The translations under genes were made by a program, and so were the position numbers. A DNA stretch of 64,000 nt from an uncultured Bacilli bacterium (lineage in GTDB: Bacteria > Bacillota_I > Bacilli_A > RFN20 > CAG-826): positions 32,981 to 96,980 of the forward strand of contig CAKPBC010000001.1 of NCBI GenBank assembly GCA_934140155.1. Reading direction: 5' to 3'. Shown in pieces: positions 13,201 to 22,877 of this stretch. How positions within the stretch are numbered: the first letter of the stretch is position 1; each line of letters opens with the position of its first letter. The notes beneath the pieces were generated by a model. It had not been told where the DNA came from. It worked only from the letters and a program-made list of their open reading frames with translations, and searched no databases.

Positions 13201-13794
13201 AGCCTTTAATAAAATAGTTGCAGGCATTTTTCTTTGTCTTTCAATACGAATTGATAATAAATCTTTGGAATCAGATTCGAATTGTAACCAAGTACCACGA
13301 GTTGGTAACAAATCGCCACCATAAATATATTTACCTGATTTTGTATCTAATTCTTTTCTTAAATAAGCACCTGGAGAACGAACGATTTGTGATACAATAG
13401 CACGTTCAGCACCATTGATAATAAAAGTACCACTGTCAGTCATTAATGGGAAATCACCCATGAAGACTTCTTTTTCTTTAATTTCACCAGAGTCTTTAAA
13501 ACATAATCTTAATGTAACCTTAAGTGGTGCACAATAAGTTAAATCACGACACTTACATTCTAACCAATCATATTTAGGTTCAAGAAATCTATAACTTACA
13601 TATTCAATAAATACATCATCAGCATAGTTAGAAATTGGGAATACATCTTTAAATGCTTCTTCAATTCCGGTCTTTAAAAACCATGCATATGATTCAGTTT
13701 GAATTTCAACCAAATATGGTAATGGTAATGTTCCAGAAATTTTTGAGAAATCAATACGATCGTTTGTAAGATGTTTATAATTTTTATAGTTCAT
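10219..13794 (-). CDS. rpoB: DNA-directed RNA polymerase subunit beta
   Basis: 1191 aa with typical beta subunit sequence. Confidence 0.97.
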   Translation of the reverse strand: MNYKNYKHLTNDRIDFSKISGTLPLPYLVEIQTESYAWFLKTGIEEAFKDVFPISNYADDVFIEYVSYRFLEPKYDWLECKCRDLTYCAPLKVTLRLCFKDSGEIKEKEVFMGDFPLMTDSGTFIINGAERAIVSQIVRSPGAYLRKELDTKSGKYIYGGDLLPTRGTWLQFESDSKDLLSIRIERQRKMPATILLKAILDVQNVEEGNKLITDLFGDNQMLLNTLKKDEDTKSSTRALREIFIRLKPGEPYNEAGAITFLTQRLFDPKRYDLGCAGRYKYSSKLGVYNRLPGRVLAEDLISADGEVVYEKGTLLTKAMVDELQNVGFFEKGAHERILPINTNLDAHGKVNIVKVYVDEEQTKTTNIIGTDLDQSLNCVTISDILATFSYFMNIIEGFGETDDIDHLGNRRIRCVGELIQNQFRNGLTKMCKAVKDKMSISDLTEVTPQQLINIRPVASAIKEFFASSQLSQFMDQTNPLAELTNKRRISALGPGGITRERASFAVRDVHYSHYGRICPIETPEGQNIGLINNLACYAKINKYGFIETPYRRVEKGTCRVLETADYLTADQEKMYLIAEANTPLDENHCIKNDLVIARENGETVLAPKEKIDYIDVSPKQIVSIAASCIPFLENDDTTRALMGANMQRQALPLLNPHAPYIGTGMEHFIAKDSGIAVVSKEDGIVKYVDSTKIVTTNNGVDRTYHLQKFMRSNQGTCINQHPIVKVGDQVKVGQILADGPAMENGELALGQNVTIAFMTWNGYNYEDAVIMSERLVKDDVYTTIHIESYDCECRNTQLGHEEYTRDVPNISEDAKTYLDERGIIIPGAEVKEGDILVGKITPKGQTEPTAEEKLLMAIFADKTKDGKDTSLRVPHGGAGVVLDVKVFSRKNGDELPPKVDEKVRVYIVQKRKISEGDKMSGRHGNKGVISRILPVEDMPFLPDGTPVDIMLNPLGVPSRMNIGQILEIHLGMAAKKLGMKIATPVFDGISNEEIFDLMNRAGLSPDGKTILYDGRTGDRFDERISVGIMYMIKLVHMVDDKLHARATGTYSIITQQPLGGKAQKGGQRFGEMEVWALEAYGAAHTLQEMMTIKSDDRVGRRKAYDAIIKQKPLPKPGMPEAFKLLTKELQALALDFRLYDQNGAEIDTSEISKQAEAEEHRIPQAVKDLTDQYAFDEEDSMDIVDAINDEE

Positions 13795-13835
13795 ATAATG
13801 GCCCCTCTCTAAAAATTATCAGTTCATTGTTTTTA

Positions 13836-14435
13836 TTATTTGTTTTTAGTAGCCTGATAAATGTAATATCCTTTATCTCTTTTAAGTAAAGTACAATTAC
13901 CAAATATCGACGTTATATAATCACGAGCGCTAAATGCACCATGACTTTTTCTAATGACGATAAACAATGAACCGCCATCAATCAAATAGTCATATGCTCC
14001 TTTAAACATAGCGTAAATTACTTTTTTTCCCGCTCGTATCGGAGGATTAATAACTATTGAATCAAATAATCCTTCAATATTTTGATATATGTCACTTTGA
14101 AGGCAAGTGACATTTGCTAAATTTAATTTTTTTATGTTGTCTTTGGTAAGCTCTAGTGCCCGTTCATTTACATCCGCTAACACAAACTGTGCATTAGGTA
14201 TAAACGATGCGAGGGTCAATCCTAGGGCACCATAGCCACATCCGACGTCAAGAATGCGACCTTGCAAATGAAGAGGGACCAACACTTTTAAAAAAGCATA
14301 AGTTCCCTCATCAATACCATTTTTTGAAAAAACACCAAGGTCAGTTTTGAGGGTAAAATGTCGTTCATAAATATCATAATTTATCAATTTTGGAGACGAT
14401 TTTAAACTTGAATCATTTTCAAAATATTGTGACAT
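13836..14435 (-). CDS. ybxB: Class I SAM-dependent methyltransferase (YbxB/RsmC-like small methyltransferase)
   Basis: 199 aa with the VLDVGCGYGALGL SAM-binding motif. Lies between rplL and rpoB, exactly as ybxB does in B. subtilis. Confidence 0.65.
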   Translation of the reverse strand: MSQYFENDSSLKSSPKLINYDIYERHFTLKTDLGVFSKNGIDEGTYAFLKVLVPLHLQGRILDVGCGYGALGLTLASFIPNAQFVLADVNERALELTKDNIKKLNLANVTCLQSDIYQNIEGLFDSIVINPPIRAGKKVIYAMFKGAYDYLIDGGSLFIVIRKSHGAFSARDYITSIFGNCTLLKRDKGYYIYQATKNK

Positions 14436-14441
14436 TTTCGC

Positions 14442-14475
14442 ACCCCCTTAAAAAGCGATAAAAACCCGCAAAAGC
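14442..14475 (-). terminator. rplL-rpoB intercistronic attenuator or terminator hairpin
   Basis: Minus strand reads aaaccugc-uuuu-gcggguuu (7-bp stem) followed by a U-run, downstream of the rplL stop. Confidence 0.45.
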
Positions 14476-14512
14476 AGGTTTAAATCTTCTCATAAAAATT
14501 AGGTAGTTTAGA

Positions 14513-14887
14513 CTACTTAACTTCTACTTCAGCGCCAGCAGCTTCAAGAGCTTTCTTGTGTTCTTCTGCTTCAACTGGTGAAATATGTTCTTTAACTGCG
14601 ACAGGAGCACCATCGACTAATTTTTTAGCATCCATTAAGCCTAAGCCTGTGATAGCTTGAACAGCCTTAATAACTGGAACTTTAGAAGCACCGACAGATT
14701 TGAGCCATAAAGAAACTTCTGTTGGTCCTTTCTTTTCTTCTTCTTCAACTGGTGCAGCAGCTCCTGCAACTGGTGCAGCAGCAGTAACGCCAAATTCTTC
14801 TTCTACAGCCTTTACTAAATCATTTAATTCTACTACTGTCATTTCTTTAATAGCAGCAATAATTTCTTCGTTTGTTAACTTTGCCAT
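14513..14887 (-). CDS. rplL: 50S ribosomal protein L7/L12
   Basis: 124 aa with an Ala/Glu-rich hinge; typical L7/L12. Confidence 0.95.
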   Translation of the reverse strand: MAKLTNEEIIAAIKEMTVVELNDLVKAVEEEFGVTAAAPVAGAAAPVEEEEKKGPTEVSLWLKSVGASKVPVIKAVQAITGLGLMDAKKLVDGAPVAVKEHISPVEAEEHKKALEAAGAEVEVK

Positions 14888-14907
14888 TGTTTTTTCCTCC
14901 TAATAAA

Positions 14908-15393
14908 TTAATTTTTTTCAGCAACTGCCTTAACAGCACAGGCGAAGTTGCGGATTGGTGCTTGTAAGCACGATAAGAACATTGAAATCAAACCTTCACG
15001 TCCTGGTAATGATGCGATGACTTTAATTTGGTCAGCATTCATCATCTTGCCTTCTACAAGGCCACCTTTGATGACTAGGTTTTCATGTTTCTTAGCAAAT
15101 TTTGCAATTACTTTAGGTCCATTGATTGTATCTTTAGAGAATACAATTGCATTTGGTCCTTCAAGAATTTCTCTTAGTTCGCTATGTCCTAATTCATCAC
15201 ATGCACGTTCAACAAGAGAATTCTTGTAAACACGTAATGTAGAATCAGTTGCTCTTAAAGCATGACGAACTTCAGTAATTTCATCAACTGTTAAGCCACG
15301 ATATTCGATAACTACAATAGAGTTAGCGCCTTTAATGCCTTCAGTAATTTCAGAAACTATTTCTTGTTTTGCTTTTAAAATTGCTTGATTCAT
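14908..15393 (-). CDS. rplJ: 50S ribosomal protein L10
   Basis: 161 aa; conserved L10, upstream of rplL. Confidence 0.93.
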   Translation of the reverse strand: MNQAILKAKQEIVSEITEGIKGANSIVVIEYRGLTVDEITEVRHALRATDSTLRVYKNSLVERACDELGHSELREILEGPNAIVFSKDTINGPKVIAKFAKKHENLVIKGGLVEGKMMNADQIKVIASLPGREGLISMFLSCLQAPIRNFACAVKAVAEKN

Positions 15394-15566
15394 AGTTCTA
15401 ACCTCCTAACCTTTCTTCAAAATTTTTATGAGGTTTCAATATACATTGAAGTTACTCGCGAAAAAGCGAGAGAATAAGTTTTTTTATTAAATTATCCTAC
15501 ACCTCGGTAACATTTTTAAACTATAGCGTCGTTACTGTCTTGGGTATATTGAATTCCTAACTTTAA
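15394..15566 (-). promoter_or_regulatory. Putative L10 (rplJ) leader or autoregulatory 5' UTR
   Basis: 173-nt untranslated gap between rplA and rplJ containing hairpins (cucgc-uuuuuc-gcgag; uucaau-guau-auugaa). Position matches the L10-leader of Firmicutes. Structure not verified. Confidence 0.35.
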
Positions 15567-16253
15567 TTAAATACGACCGTTAAATGTAATTTTGATAGCT
15601 GGTCCCATGGTCGTATGGATAACAGCGTTTTTAACATATGCGCCTTTTACAGATGCAGGTTTAACTTTAACGATTTGATCACAAATTGTATTTAAGTTAT
15701 CAATAATCTTGTCTGTATCAAATGAGCAACGTGCAATACTTACATGGATGTTTCCATCTTTATCAACACGGTATTCAACTTTACCTGCTTTGATTTCTTG
15801 AATAGCTTTTGCAATATCCATTGCAACAGTACCAGTTTTTGGGTTAGGCATTAAACCCTTAGGTCCTAAAATACGTCCCATTTTACCAAGTTCACCCATC
15901 ATATCAGGTGTGGCAACGATGACATCAAAATCGAACCAGTTTTCATTTTTGATTTTTTCTAACATTTCTTTACCACCAGCGAAATCAGCGCCAGCAGCAG
16001 TAGCTTCATCAACTTTGTGTGTAATAGCTAAAACTTTCTTTGTTTTACCATTTCCGTGAGGAAGAATAACTGTTCCTCTGATTTGTTGATCTGCTTGTTT
16101 TGGATCAACGTTTAAATGGAAAGATACATCGATTGTAGAATCAAACTTTGTAGTTGATGTAGTTTTGACGAGTTCAGCAGCTTCAGCAATTGTGTATAAC
16201 TTTGTTGCGTCAATTGCTTTTTCAGCGGCTAAATATTTTTTACCTTTCTTCAT
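15567..16253 (-). CDS. rplA: 50S ribosomal protein L1
   Basis: 228 aa, conserved L1. Confidence 0.95.
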   Translation of the reverse strand: MKKGKKYLAAEKAIDATKLYTIAEAAELVKTTSTTKFDSTIDVSFHLNVDPKQADQQIRGTVILPHGNGKTKKVLAITHKVDEATAAGADFAGGKEMLEKIKNENWFDFDVIVATPDMMGELGKMGRILGPKGLMPNPKTGTVAMDIAKAIQEIKAGKVEYRVDKDGNIHVSIARCSFDTDKIIDNLNTICDQIVKVKPASVKGAYVKNAVIHTTMGPAIKITFNGRI

Positions 16254-16303
16254 ATTTTTTCCTCCTTAGTGGTAATAACGGGTATTGTCCCTTCCACCTA
16301 CAT

Positions 16304-16717
16304 TTATTCGTCAATTTCAATGCCCATGTTACGAGCTTGACCAGCAACTACTTTCATTGCTGCTTCAACATCGTTACAGTTAAGATCTGGCATTTTGTAT
16401 TCAGCAATCTTTCTTAATTCTTCTTTGCTAACTTTACCAACTTTTGTGGTTTTAGAATTTGCTGAACCTTTCTTAATTCCAGCAGCTTTTAATAACAAAC
16501 CTGCTACTGGTGAAGTTTTGATTACGAAGTCAAACGATTTGTCTTCGTAGGCTGTAATAATAACTGGAACTACTTCGCCTTTGCGGTCAGCTGTTTTTGC
16601 ATTAAAGTCTGTACAGAATTTAGGCATAACAATACCAGCAGTTGCAAGTTTTGGTCCTGGTTTAGCTTCTCCACCAGGTAACTCCAATTTTACTACCTTA
16701 GCGATCTTTTTACTCAC
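16304..16717 (-). CDS. rplK: 50S ribosomal protein L11 (GTG start)
   Basis: 137 aa, (V)SKKIAKVVKLELPGG...; GGAGG RBS 8 nt upstream of the GTG. Confidence 0.93.
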   Translation of the reverse strand: MSKKIAKVVKLELPGGEAKPGPKLATAGIVMPKFCTDFNAKTADRKGEVVPVIITAYEDKSFDFVIKTSPVAGLLLKAAGIKKGSANSKTTKVGKVSKEELRKIAEYKMPDLNCNDVEAAMKVVAGQARNMGIEIDE

Positions 16718-16893
16718 GTGACTTACCTCCTTATAGATTTTTTTGTCCGTGCCGTGGTCATTGGATTAATCGCTTAATCCTTCCACTAAGCATAGCTTAG
16801 AACTAATTAAACTAGCCCTATGCTTGTTTATTATATCTAATCGCATTTTGCAATGCAAGATTTTTTTTAATAACTTGTCTTGAAAGCAATCGA

Positions 16894-18729
16894 GTAGAAA
16901 GTGAAAAGTAAACTTTTCCGCTTCCTCTCACACCACCCTACGTACGGTCTTCCGTATAGGGCGGTTTAAATAAACATTCTATGCTATCGGTTTAAGATAG
17001 TATTCAAGGGGATTTAAAAGTCCTCTTTTCTTTAGTCGCTCATTAGTTATTGGCCTTTGTATAACACACGAATGTGCAATAAATTGATAACCTCTTCTAC
17101 AATAAGTAAGTCCTTTTGCTTGCTCTTCATCAATCCCTAGTTTGACTAATGATGAAACTTGTTTTAAAGGCATTTTCCATTGTTTCCATATAACTACTCT
17201 TATTGCATTTCTTAACCATTCGCCTAAGGAGGTTAATTTGCTCTTCATACTCGATTTACGGTAATAGTTAATCCAACCTCTTAAGACTTCATTTATCTTT
17301 TTAATTCGATAAGTTAGGTCAATACTCCAAGAACGTTTCATTAATTTCTTTAATTTAAAGAATAATCTTTTGAAACTTTCTTGATGAGGCATAGGTTTCC
17401 ATTCGTTTTTATCTTTCCAAAATGAAAATCCTAAGTATTTAAGTTTACTTGGTCTTGTAATATGAGTTTTCTCGGCATTAACTTTTAATTTAAGTTTATT
17501 TTCAATAAAAGTAACAATATTCTTCATTACTCTTTCCGCTGAAAACTTTGTCTTAACAAAGATAACACAATCATCTGCATACCTTGCAAAGTGTAGTTGT
17601 CTTCTTTCTAATTCTTTATCAAGCTCGTTTAAATATATGTTACTTAATAAAGGCGAAAGGTTTCCGCCTTGTGGTGTTCCTATGTTTGTTTCTTCAAAAT
17701 GTCCATTTACCATTACACCGGCTTTTAGATATTTATGTATAATCCACGTGATATCACTATCTTTTGCTACATTATCCACTATTCGGATGAGTTTGTCTTG
17801 TGGTACATTATCAAAGAACTTCTCTAAGTCTAAGTCAATTATCCATTCATAGCCTTGATTGATTACTTCTAATGCTCTATCTATTGCATTCTGACATCTT
17901 CTATTTGGTCTAAAACCATATGAGTATTCACTGAATGTTGGCTCAAATATTGGTGTTAGTTTTTGTACTAGGGCTTGTTGAATTATTCTATCCACTACTG
18001 TTGGTATTCCTAATTTTCTTATTCCACCATTTGGCTTTGGTATTTCCACCCTTTTTACTGGAAGTGGTTGATACTTGCGACTTAAGATTTGATTGATTAA
18101 GTCATTACCGTAGATTTTTAAATATCCTTTTACTTCTTCACAAGTCATTTCATCAATTCCTGATGCGCCTTTATTTCTTATGACTTGTTTATATGCTTCA
18201 TTTAAGTTGTCTTTAGATAAGACTTCTTCAATCAACTTCATAGTTTTGCTTTTCCTCCTTTTCGTTTGTCTACAGATTATCGTTTTAGGCTTATTTTCAT
18301 AAGTTACGCTTATTACTTTTATCCGTTCGGATTATGTAGACACAATTATTTGTACTACGCAAAGGTTTATTTATTCAGTCCTTCACTTTTCAGTTACTAT
18401 GACCTCTGCTGACTTCTTGGAGTAAACCTTTTTCGACTTTGAGTTTTCTCAAATCTCCAAGACCTCACGGGGTAAGCCATATATCTTTCTAGCCTTGAGT
18501 ACTTGATTTACTATCTAACTATTACGGTCGTTTGTGATTTTAGTATGTTTGGCTACTTCATCACTAGTTAATTGCCTTATATCAAGTTTCTATTCGCTAC
18601 CCAGTCTATTTGCTACACTCTTCTTTCATCTCATACCTCACGATAACAGACTTGAGTTTCGCTATGTAGTTATAACGACTTTCCTACTTGGGACTTCCAC
18701 CCTTTAGATATATGACGTGCCCGTCACAC
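16894..18729 (-). mobile_element. Group II intron, bacterial class C (IIC)-like, about 1.84 kb, ORF in domain IV
   Basis: 5' end GUGUG at 18729 on the minus strand, immediately after a terminator hairpin plus U8. About 510 nt of GC-richer structured RNA (domains I-III). An En-less RT/maturase ORF. Domain V at about 16931-16966 with a CGC catalytic triad, 8-bp lower stem, 2-nt AC bulge and 4-bp upper stem. Domain VI hairpin with a bulged A (ggaag-cg-gaaaagu-uu-acuuuuc-A-cuuuc). The 3' boundary is approximate. Confidence 0.75.
16979..18241 (-). CDS. Group II intron-encoded reverse transcriptase/maturase (no endonuclease domain)
   Basis: 420 aa with RT blocks including FARYADDCVIF (YADD) and maturase X motif RGWINYYR. 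Ends without an HNH/En domain. Confidence 0.88.
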   Translation of the reverse strand: MKLIEEVLSKDNLNEAYKQVIRNKGASGIDEMTCEEVKGYLKIYGNDLINQILSRKYQPLPVKRVEIPKPNGGIRKLGIPTVVDRIIQQALVQKLTPIFEPTFSEYSYGFRPNRRCQNAIDRALEVINQGYEWIIDLDLEKFFDNVPQDKLIRIVDNVAKDSDITWIIHKYLKAGVMVNGHFEETNIGTPQGGNLSPLLSNIYLNELDKELERRQLHFARYADDCVIFVKTKFSAERVMKNIVTFIENKLKLKVNAEKTHITRPSKLKYLGFSFWKDKNEWKPMPHQESFKRLFFKLKKLMKRSWSIDLTYRIKKINEVLRGWINYYRKSSMKSKLTSLGEWLRNAIRVVIWKQWKMPLKQVSSLVKLGIDEEQAKGLTYCRRGYQFIAHSCVIQRPITNERLKKRGLLNPLEYYLKPIA

Positions 18730-18730
18730 C

Positions 18731-18766
18731 AAAAAAAAGCCACATTTTTTTAGCGATAATGTGGCC
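18731..18766 (-). terminator. Rho-independent terminator of the lipoprotein gene; group II intron insertion site
   Basis: Minus strand reads ggccacat-tatcgctaaaaaa-atgtggc (7-bp stem) plus U8, directly abutting the intron 5' GUGUG. Confidence 0.7.
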
Positions 18767-18775
18767 TATTTTTTA

Positions 18776-20833
18776 CTAATTGTTTTGGTTATAAACAAGA
18801 GTGTTCATGGTTTTTACGCCATTAACTATGACCGATAATACACAGCCAGTGTAATAATTTTTACCATTCCAGTTGCATAGAGCCATTTCAATGGTGACAG
18901 TTTGATTATTAAACTCATCCAACCATTCATATTGATCGGCATTTGAACAATATAAACGGATTTTTGTATCACCATTTTTAACATACATATTAGAGTACTT
19001 TAGTTGTACAACTTTTTCAAAAGTTCCCTCGAATACATATACTTGTGCTGTAACGTCTTCTGTCGCTTTAATTTTAGCTAAATCCGCTAAAGTTTTGCTA
19101 CTATCAAATGATGCAGTTGAGTAATCATGTTTTCCATATAAATTTGAAACTAATTCACAGTTATCAAGGAAAATTTCGCCAACCGATTTATCTTGAACAA
19201 CTCCTAATTGCGAACGCGTTCCCTTTAATATGACTTCGTTCCCTAAACTAATAGAACTAATAGTTTCTGAAGATGCTGTAATTGCAATTGTGCCACTTTC
19301 ATCAATTAAATAAAATCCCACTTTATTCACTAATGATGGACCAGCAATACCTTTAACAGTTACAATAGAGTTAAGTTCACTATCAATAGCTTCTTTAACT
19401 GTTATAGATTCCGTAACATTTGGTAAAGTAACTGAAACATTAAATGTTTTAACAAATGTCGCATTATTTTCGTAATTAATCTTAACTGTTATCGTAGCAT
19501 TACCTACTTCATTAGTATGAAATGTTAAAGCACCTTCATCTTCGCTAAAATATGCAACTTTTTCATTACTAGAAGAATAACTAATGCTTGCGTTTTCAAA
19601 GCCTAAAAGTGATGAAGAAACGGTTACAGGAACTGCTATTTTTGGATCGCCTGTATATACATCTTCAAATAAGGTTTTAACCTTATAATCATATACGAAT
19701 TGTTCAACATTAGCTTTATCAAAAATAAATCCTTCATCTTTAACAGAAATTGGAATAAATCTCCAAAAACATCCAGATATTGTAGATTTAGCATTGATTG
19801 CTACAACTAAAACTGTACAAATCTTTCCATCAAATTCTTCAAGCCAATTCAAATCACTACCGTTACATTGTGTATAAACATAAGATCCTGTAGTTTCATC
19901 AAGATCATCAATATAATAGTTAACATATCCTTGCTTTTGAGATTTACCTATATATGCGTTTGCTTTAAAAATTTTATTTGTAATATTTTCAGTAACAGGG
20001 GTATCCATAATTTGTTTTATAGTTGTTTCTTCAACCCAGTTTATATCGATATCAGTATTACCTTCATCATTACTAACAATATGTCCTTTGGTTAATTGGC
20101 ATGATCCATTGTAACCATACTTTTCAGCAAAAGGCACTTCGTCTTCTAAAATCCAGTAGTCTTTTGTTGCCGCTAAAGTAATAGAATTGCCTTCTTCTAC
20201 TTTTAATACGGTTGATAAATCGTAAATATAAATAGAAGATGTATTATCAACAAGATAAAAGCCATTTTCTTTCTTTCCTGTCGCATATGTCTTTTTACTT
20301 ACAACACCTGACACTAAAACTTTTTTGCCTTTTTCCGCTTCTCTAGCTTTAGCAATAGTCATTTTTTCATATTCGCTAACATCAAATTGTGTACTACTAT
20401 CGACATAATCAATTAACCATGCGTTTTTTACTTCTGGTTGTCCACTATGAGTTTGAAGAGTAGCATAAATAACAATTTCATCATTTACATCTGGTTTATA
20501 TTCTAAATTTTTGTACTGGACACTTCCATCTTCACTATACGTTCCATAAATATAAATTTTACCAGTTTCGTCTTCAATTTTCATGCTTCCATAATCATAA
20601 TTGGAAACACTAGTAATTTTGCCATAAAGATAATATCTTTCTTGTGTTGGCTCACTAGCTTTAGAAGCAATTTCTAATGCTTCACTTATGTCAATACAGT
20701 TGTAACGTTCTTTCAAACTTGTTGAAGGTTGAGTAGATGCGTCACTGTTAGACGTAGATAATCCTCCTTGATCACAAGCACCAAGTGCTAACAAACAAGA
20801 AACACTTAATAGACAAAATAATTTTTTTCTCAT
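18776..20833 (-). CDS. Large surface lipoprotein with about 4 OB-fold-like repeats and an Ig-like segment; function unknown
   Basis: MRKKLFCLLSVSCLLALGAC lipobox. Repeated blocks of the (V/I)xGxVxxxxxxxxGFYLxDxTGxIxIY type. No recognizable catalytic motif. Confidence 0.5.
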   Translation of the reverse strand: MRKKLFCLLSVSCLLALGACDQGGLSTSNSDASTQPSTSLKERYNCIDISEALEIASKASEPTQERYYLYGKITSVSNYDYGSMKIEDETGKIYIYGTYSEDGSVQYKNLEYKPDVNDEIVIYATLQTHSGQPEVKNAWLIDYVDSSTQFDVSEYEKMTIAKAREAEKGKKVLVSGVVSKKTYATGKKENGFYLVDNTSSIYIYDLSTVLKVEEGNSITLAATKDYWILEDEVPFAEKYGYNGSCQLTKGHIVSNDEGNTDIDINWVEETTIKQIMDTPVTENITNKIFKANAYIGKSQKQGYVNYYIDDLDETTGSYVYTQCNGSDLNWLEEFDGKICTVLVVAINAKSTISGCFWRFIPISVKDEGFIFDKANVEQFVYDYKVKTLFEDVYTGDPKIAVPVTVSSSLLGFENASISYSSSNEKVAYFSEDEGALTFHTNEVGNATITVKINYENNATFVKTFNVSVTLPNVTESITVKEAIDSELNSIVTVKGIAGPSLVNKVGFYLIDESGTIAITASSETISSISLGNEVILKGTRSQLGVVQDKSVGEIFLDNCELVSNLYGKHDYSTASFDSSKTLADLAKIKATEDVTAQVYVFEGTFEKVVQLKYSNMYVKNGDTKIRLYCSNADQYEWLDEFNNQTVTIEMALCNWNGKNYYTGCVLSVIVNGVKTMNTLVYNQNN

Positions 20834-21002
20834 AATTTACCTCTCTTTCGAAAAAGGCATTATAAATTGAAAAAATGATCTTCTCAATAATAAAGTGCTT
20901 TCTAAAACTAAAAAATAGTTTTCCTCAACTGAGAACAAAATAATCTAAATAGCGTTTTTACTTTGAAGCGGTGGTTTATAATCCAAAATAAAAATCCTTT
21001 CG

Positions 21003-21060
21003 ATATAGCTAGTTTGAAATAAAAACTAAACTCGAAAGGATAATTCATTATTATGATTAG
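21003..21060 (-). terminator. Strong rho-independent terminator after nusG
   Basis: Minus strand reads atcctttcga...(28-nt loop with inner 6-bp stem)...tcgaaaggat (10-bp perfect stem) followed by ttttatttt. Confidence 0.7.
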
Positions 21061-21067
21061 AAAACCA

Positions 21068-21613
21068 TTAAATTTTATCTATTTCAGAAAAATCAACTTC
21101 AACTATAGTTGAACGTCCAAAGAATACAGTTTCAACTTTTACAGTACCAGTATCAGTATTAATTTCTGTAATATGACCTTCGCTACCTTCAAGTGGTCCA
21201 CGTAAAACTTTTACTAAATCACCAATGTCGTAACGTGAGTACATACTCTTATCAACCATACCTAATCCTTTAAGTACTGGTTCGATTTCTTCTGTTGGAA
21301 TTGGGAAAGGTTTAGTACCTCCACCAGATGATCCAACGAATCCAGTAACTCCTGGTGTATTTCTAACCATGAACCATGCTTCATCACTCATAATCATTTC
21401 AATAAAGACATAACCTGGATAAGAGTTTTTGATTTTTGTTTTTCCTGTTGGAACACCATCTTTTAAAACTGGTTGTTCAGTTTCCGCAACTATGATTCTG
21501 AAAACATAGTCTTCAAGTCCCATAGAAACAACACGTCTTTCAAGATTTACTTTAACCTTGTCTTCGTGACCAGAATAAGTATTAACAACATACCATTGTT
21601 TTTCACTTGCCAT
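21068..21613 (-). CDS. nusG: Transcription termination/antitermination factor NusG
   Basis: 181 aa with NGN domain (MASEKQWYVVNTYSGHE) and KOW motif. Confidence 0.93.
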   Translation of the reverse strand: MASEKQWYVVNTYSGHEDKVKVNLERRVVSMGLEDYVFRIIVAETEQPVLKDGVPTGKTKIKNSYPGYVFIEMIMSDEAWFMVRNTPGVTGFVGSSGGGTKPFPIPTEEIEPVLKGLGMVDKSMYSRYDIGDLVKVLRGPLEGSEGHITEINTDTGTVKVETVFFGRSTIVEVDFSEIDKI

Positions 21614-21635
21614 AATTTTTCCTCCTACCGCTCAA

Positions 21636-21830
21636 CTATTTAGAGAAAGTATTTTGTAATACTTTAATTAACACGGCGGCAATATAATCGTCTAAAGATA
21701 ACCATAAGGCAACTACAATAGTTATAACTAAGACAACGCCTAAAGATTTTAAAATTGTTTCACGGCTAGGCCATCTTACACGTTTTCCTTCTTTTACAAC
21801 ACCTTGTAAGTATTTTTTTGTTTTTCCCAT
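21636..21830 (-). CDS. secE: Preprotein translocase subunit SecE
   Basis: 64 aa with a single C-terminal TM helix; secE-nusG synteny. Confidence 0.85.
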   Translation of the reverse strand: MGKTKKYLQGVVKEGKRVRWPSRETILKSLGVVLVITIVVALWLSLDDYIAAVLIKVLQNTFSK

Positions 21831-21842
21831 AAAAAAACCTCC

Positions 21843-21992
21843 TTATTTGCTTTCTTTATGCAGTGTCGAAGCATTGCACTTCGGACAATATTTTTTTATC
21901 ATGAGACGATTAGTGGAATTTGTTTTTTGTTTTGTAGTCGTATAGTTTCTTGACAAACATTGCGAACAAATAAGAATGACTTTTTCACGCAT
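21843..21992 (-). CDS. rpmG: 50S ribosomal protein L33
   Basis: 49 aa [23 protein letters not shown]...CPKC (zinc ribbon). GAGGTG RBS before the internal ATG. The track ORF is longer (to 22028). Confidence 0.85.
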   Translation of the reverse strand: MREKVILICSQCLSRNYTTTKQKTNSTNRLMIKKYCPKCNASTLHKESK

Positions 21993-22238
21993 ACAAAAAC
22001 ACCTCATCTCGTGCCTAGAATATATCACGAAAGCATTAAATAGTCAATTTTATATTTTATAAATATTTATCACAGCGGTATTTTGATTAAAATGCTCCAA
22101 TTATTTTTAGCAAATGAGAAATAAATAGCGCTATTATAGTGCTAATTTTTTGTACACGAAAAAATACTGGTTTTTTTAAGCATAAAATCGCATTTTATAC
22201 AAAAAAATCAGTTTTAATTTTTCACATTAATCGTTATT

Positions 22239-22862
22239 TTATTTAACCTTTTTGATTTTTTCTTTTTTGAATTTTTTTAAAGCAATGTCAACCGATGATT
22301 CTTTAGTATTTATAATTTCACTTATTTCGCTATATTTATAGCCTGCTGCTTTGAGCAATAAAGCTGCTTTTTCTTTCTTAGATAAATAGTCTTCATCTAT
22401 TTCTTTAAACTCGTCATATTGCTCGTTTAATTCATACCATTGCGATGGACTTTTTTCATCGCTTGGTACTAAATCATCATTAGTAATATCACTTTCTTCA
22501 AAAGGTTTTTCATCTAAGAATAAGCATTGCTTTAACTCGTTTTGTCTTTTTATAAAATCAACAATGTGTTTTTTCACTTCTTGATTAACAATTAAACTAA
22601 TAAATGTTCTAAAAGACGAGCGATTTTCATCATAGTATTTCAAAAAAGAAAACACCGCTATTCTGGCAATATTTTTCAACTCAAAATATTCTATGCCTTT
22701 AGCACAGATGTTTGCCATTTGGTTAATAACGATTAATGTCAATAATGCATCATATTTTTCTAATAATGCACTCATTGCTTCTTGATTGCCTTGCTTTGCA
22801 AGTTCTACTAATTTTAATTCTTCTAATTTGTTATTCGGTTCCAACATGTATTTACGGCCCAT
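22239..22862 (-). CDS. sigH: Divergent sigma-70 family sigma factor, SigH-like by position
   Basis: 207 aa with region-2-like N-terminus and region-4 HTH-like C-terminus (AALLLKAAGYKYSEISEIINTKESSVDIAL). Sits between rlmB and rpmG as sigH does in B. subtilis. Confidence 0.5.
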   Translation of the reverse strand: MGRKYMLEPNNKLEELKLVELAKQGNQEAMSALLEKYDALLTLIVINQMANICAKGIEYFELKNIARIAVFSFLKYYDENRSSFRTFISLIVNQEVKKHIVDFIKRQNELKQCLFLDEKPFEESDITNDDLVPSDEKSPSQWYELNEQYDEFKEIDEDYLSKKEKAALLLKAAGYKYSEISEIINTKESSVDIALKKFKKEKIKKVK

Positions 22863-22877
22863 AATAAAGCCCTCCGT

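Noticed and set aside
16740-16893. Possible additional small ORF or IS remnant between the intron 3' end and rplK
   Set aside because: The region contains only the rplK promoter/leader hairpins (ggattaa-gcg-ttaatcc) and an RBS. No ORF with a start and RBS.
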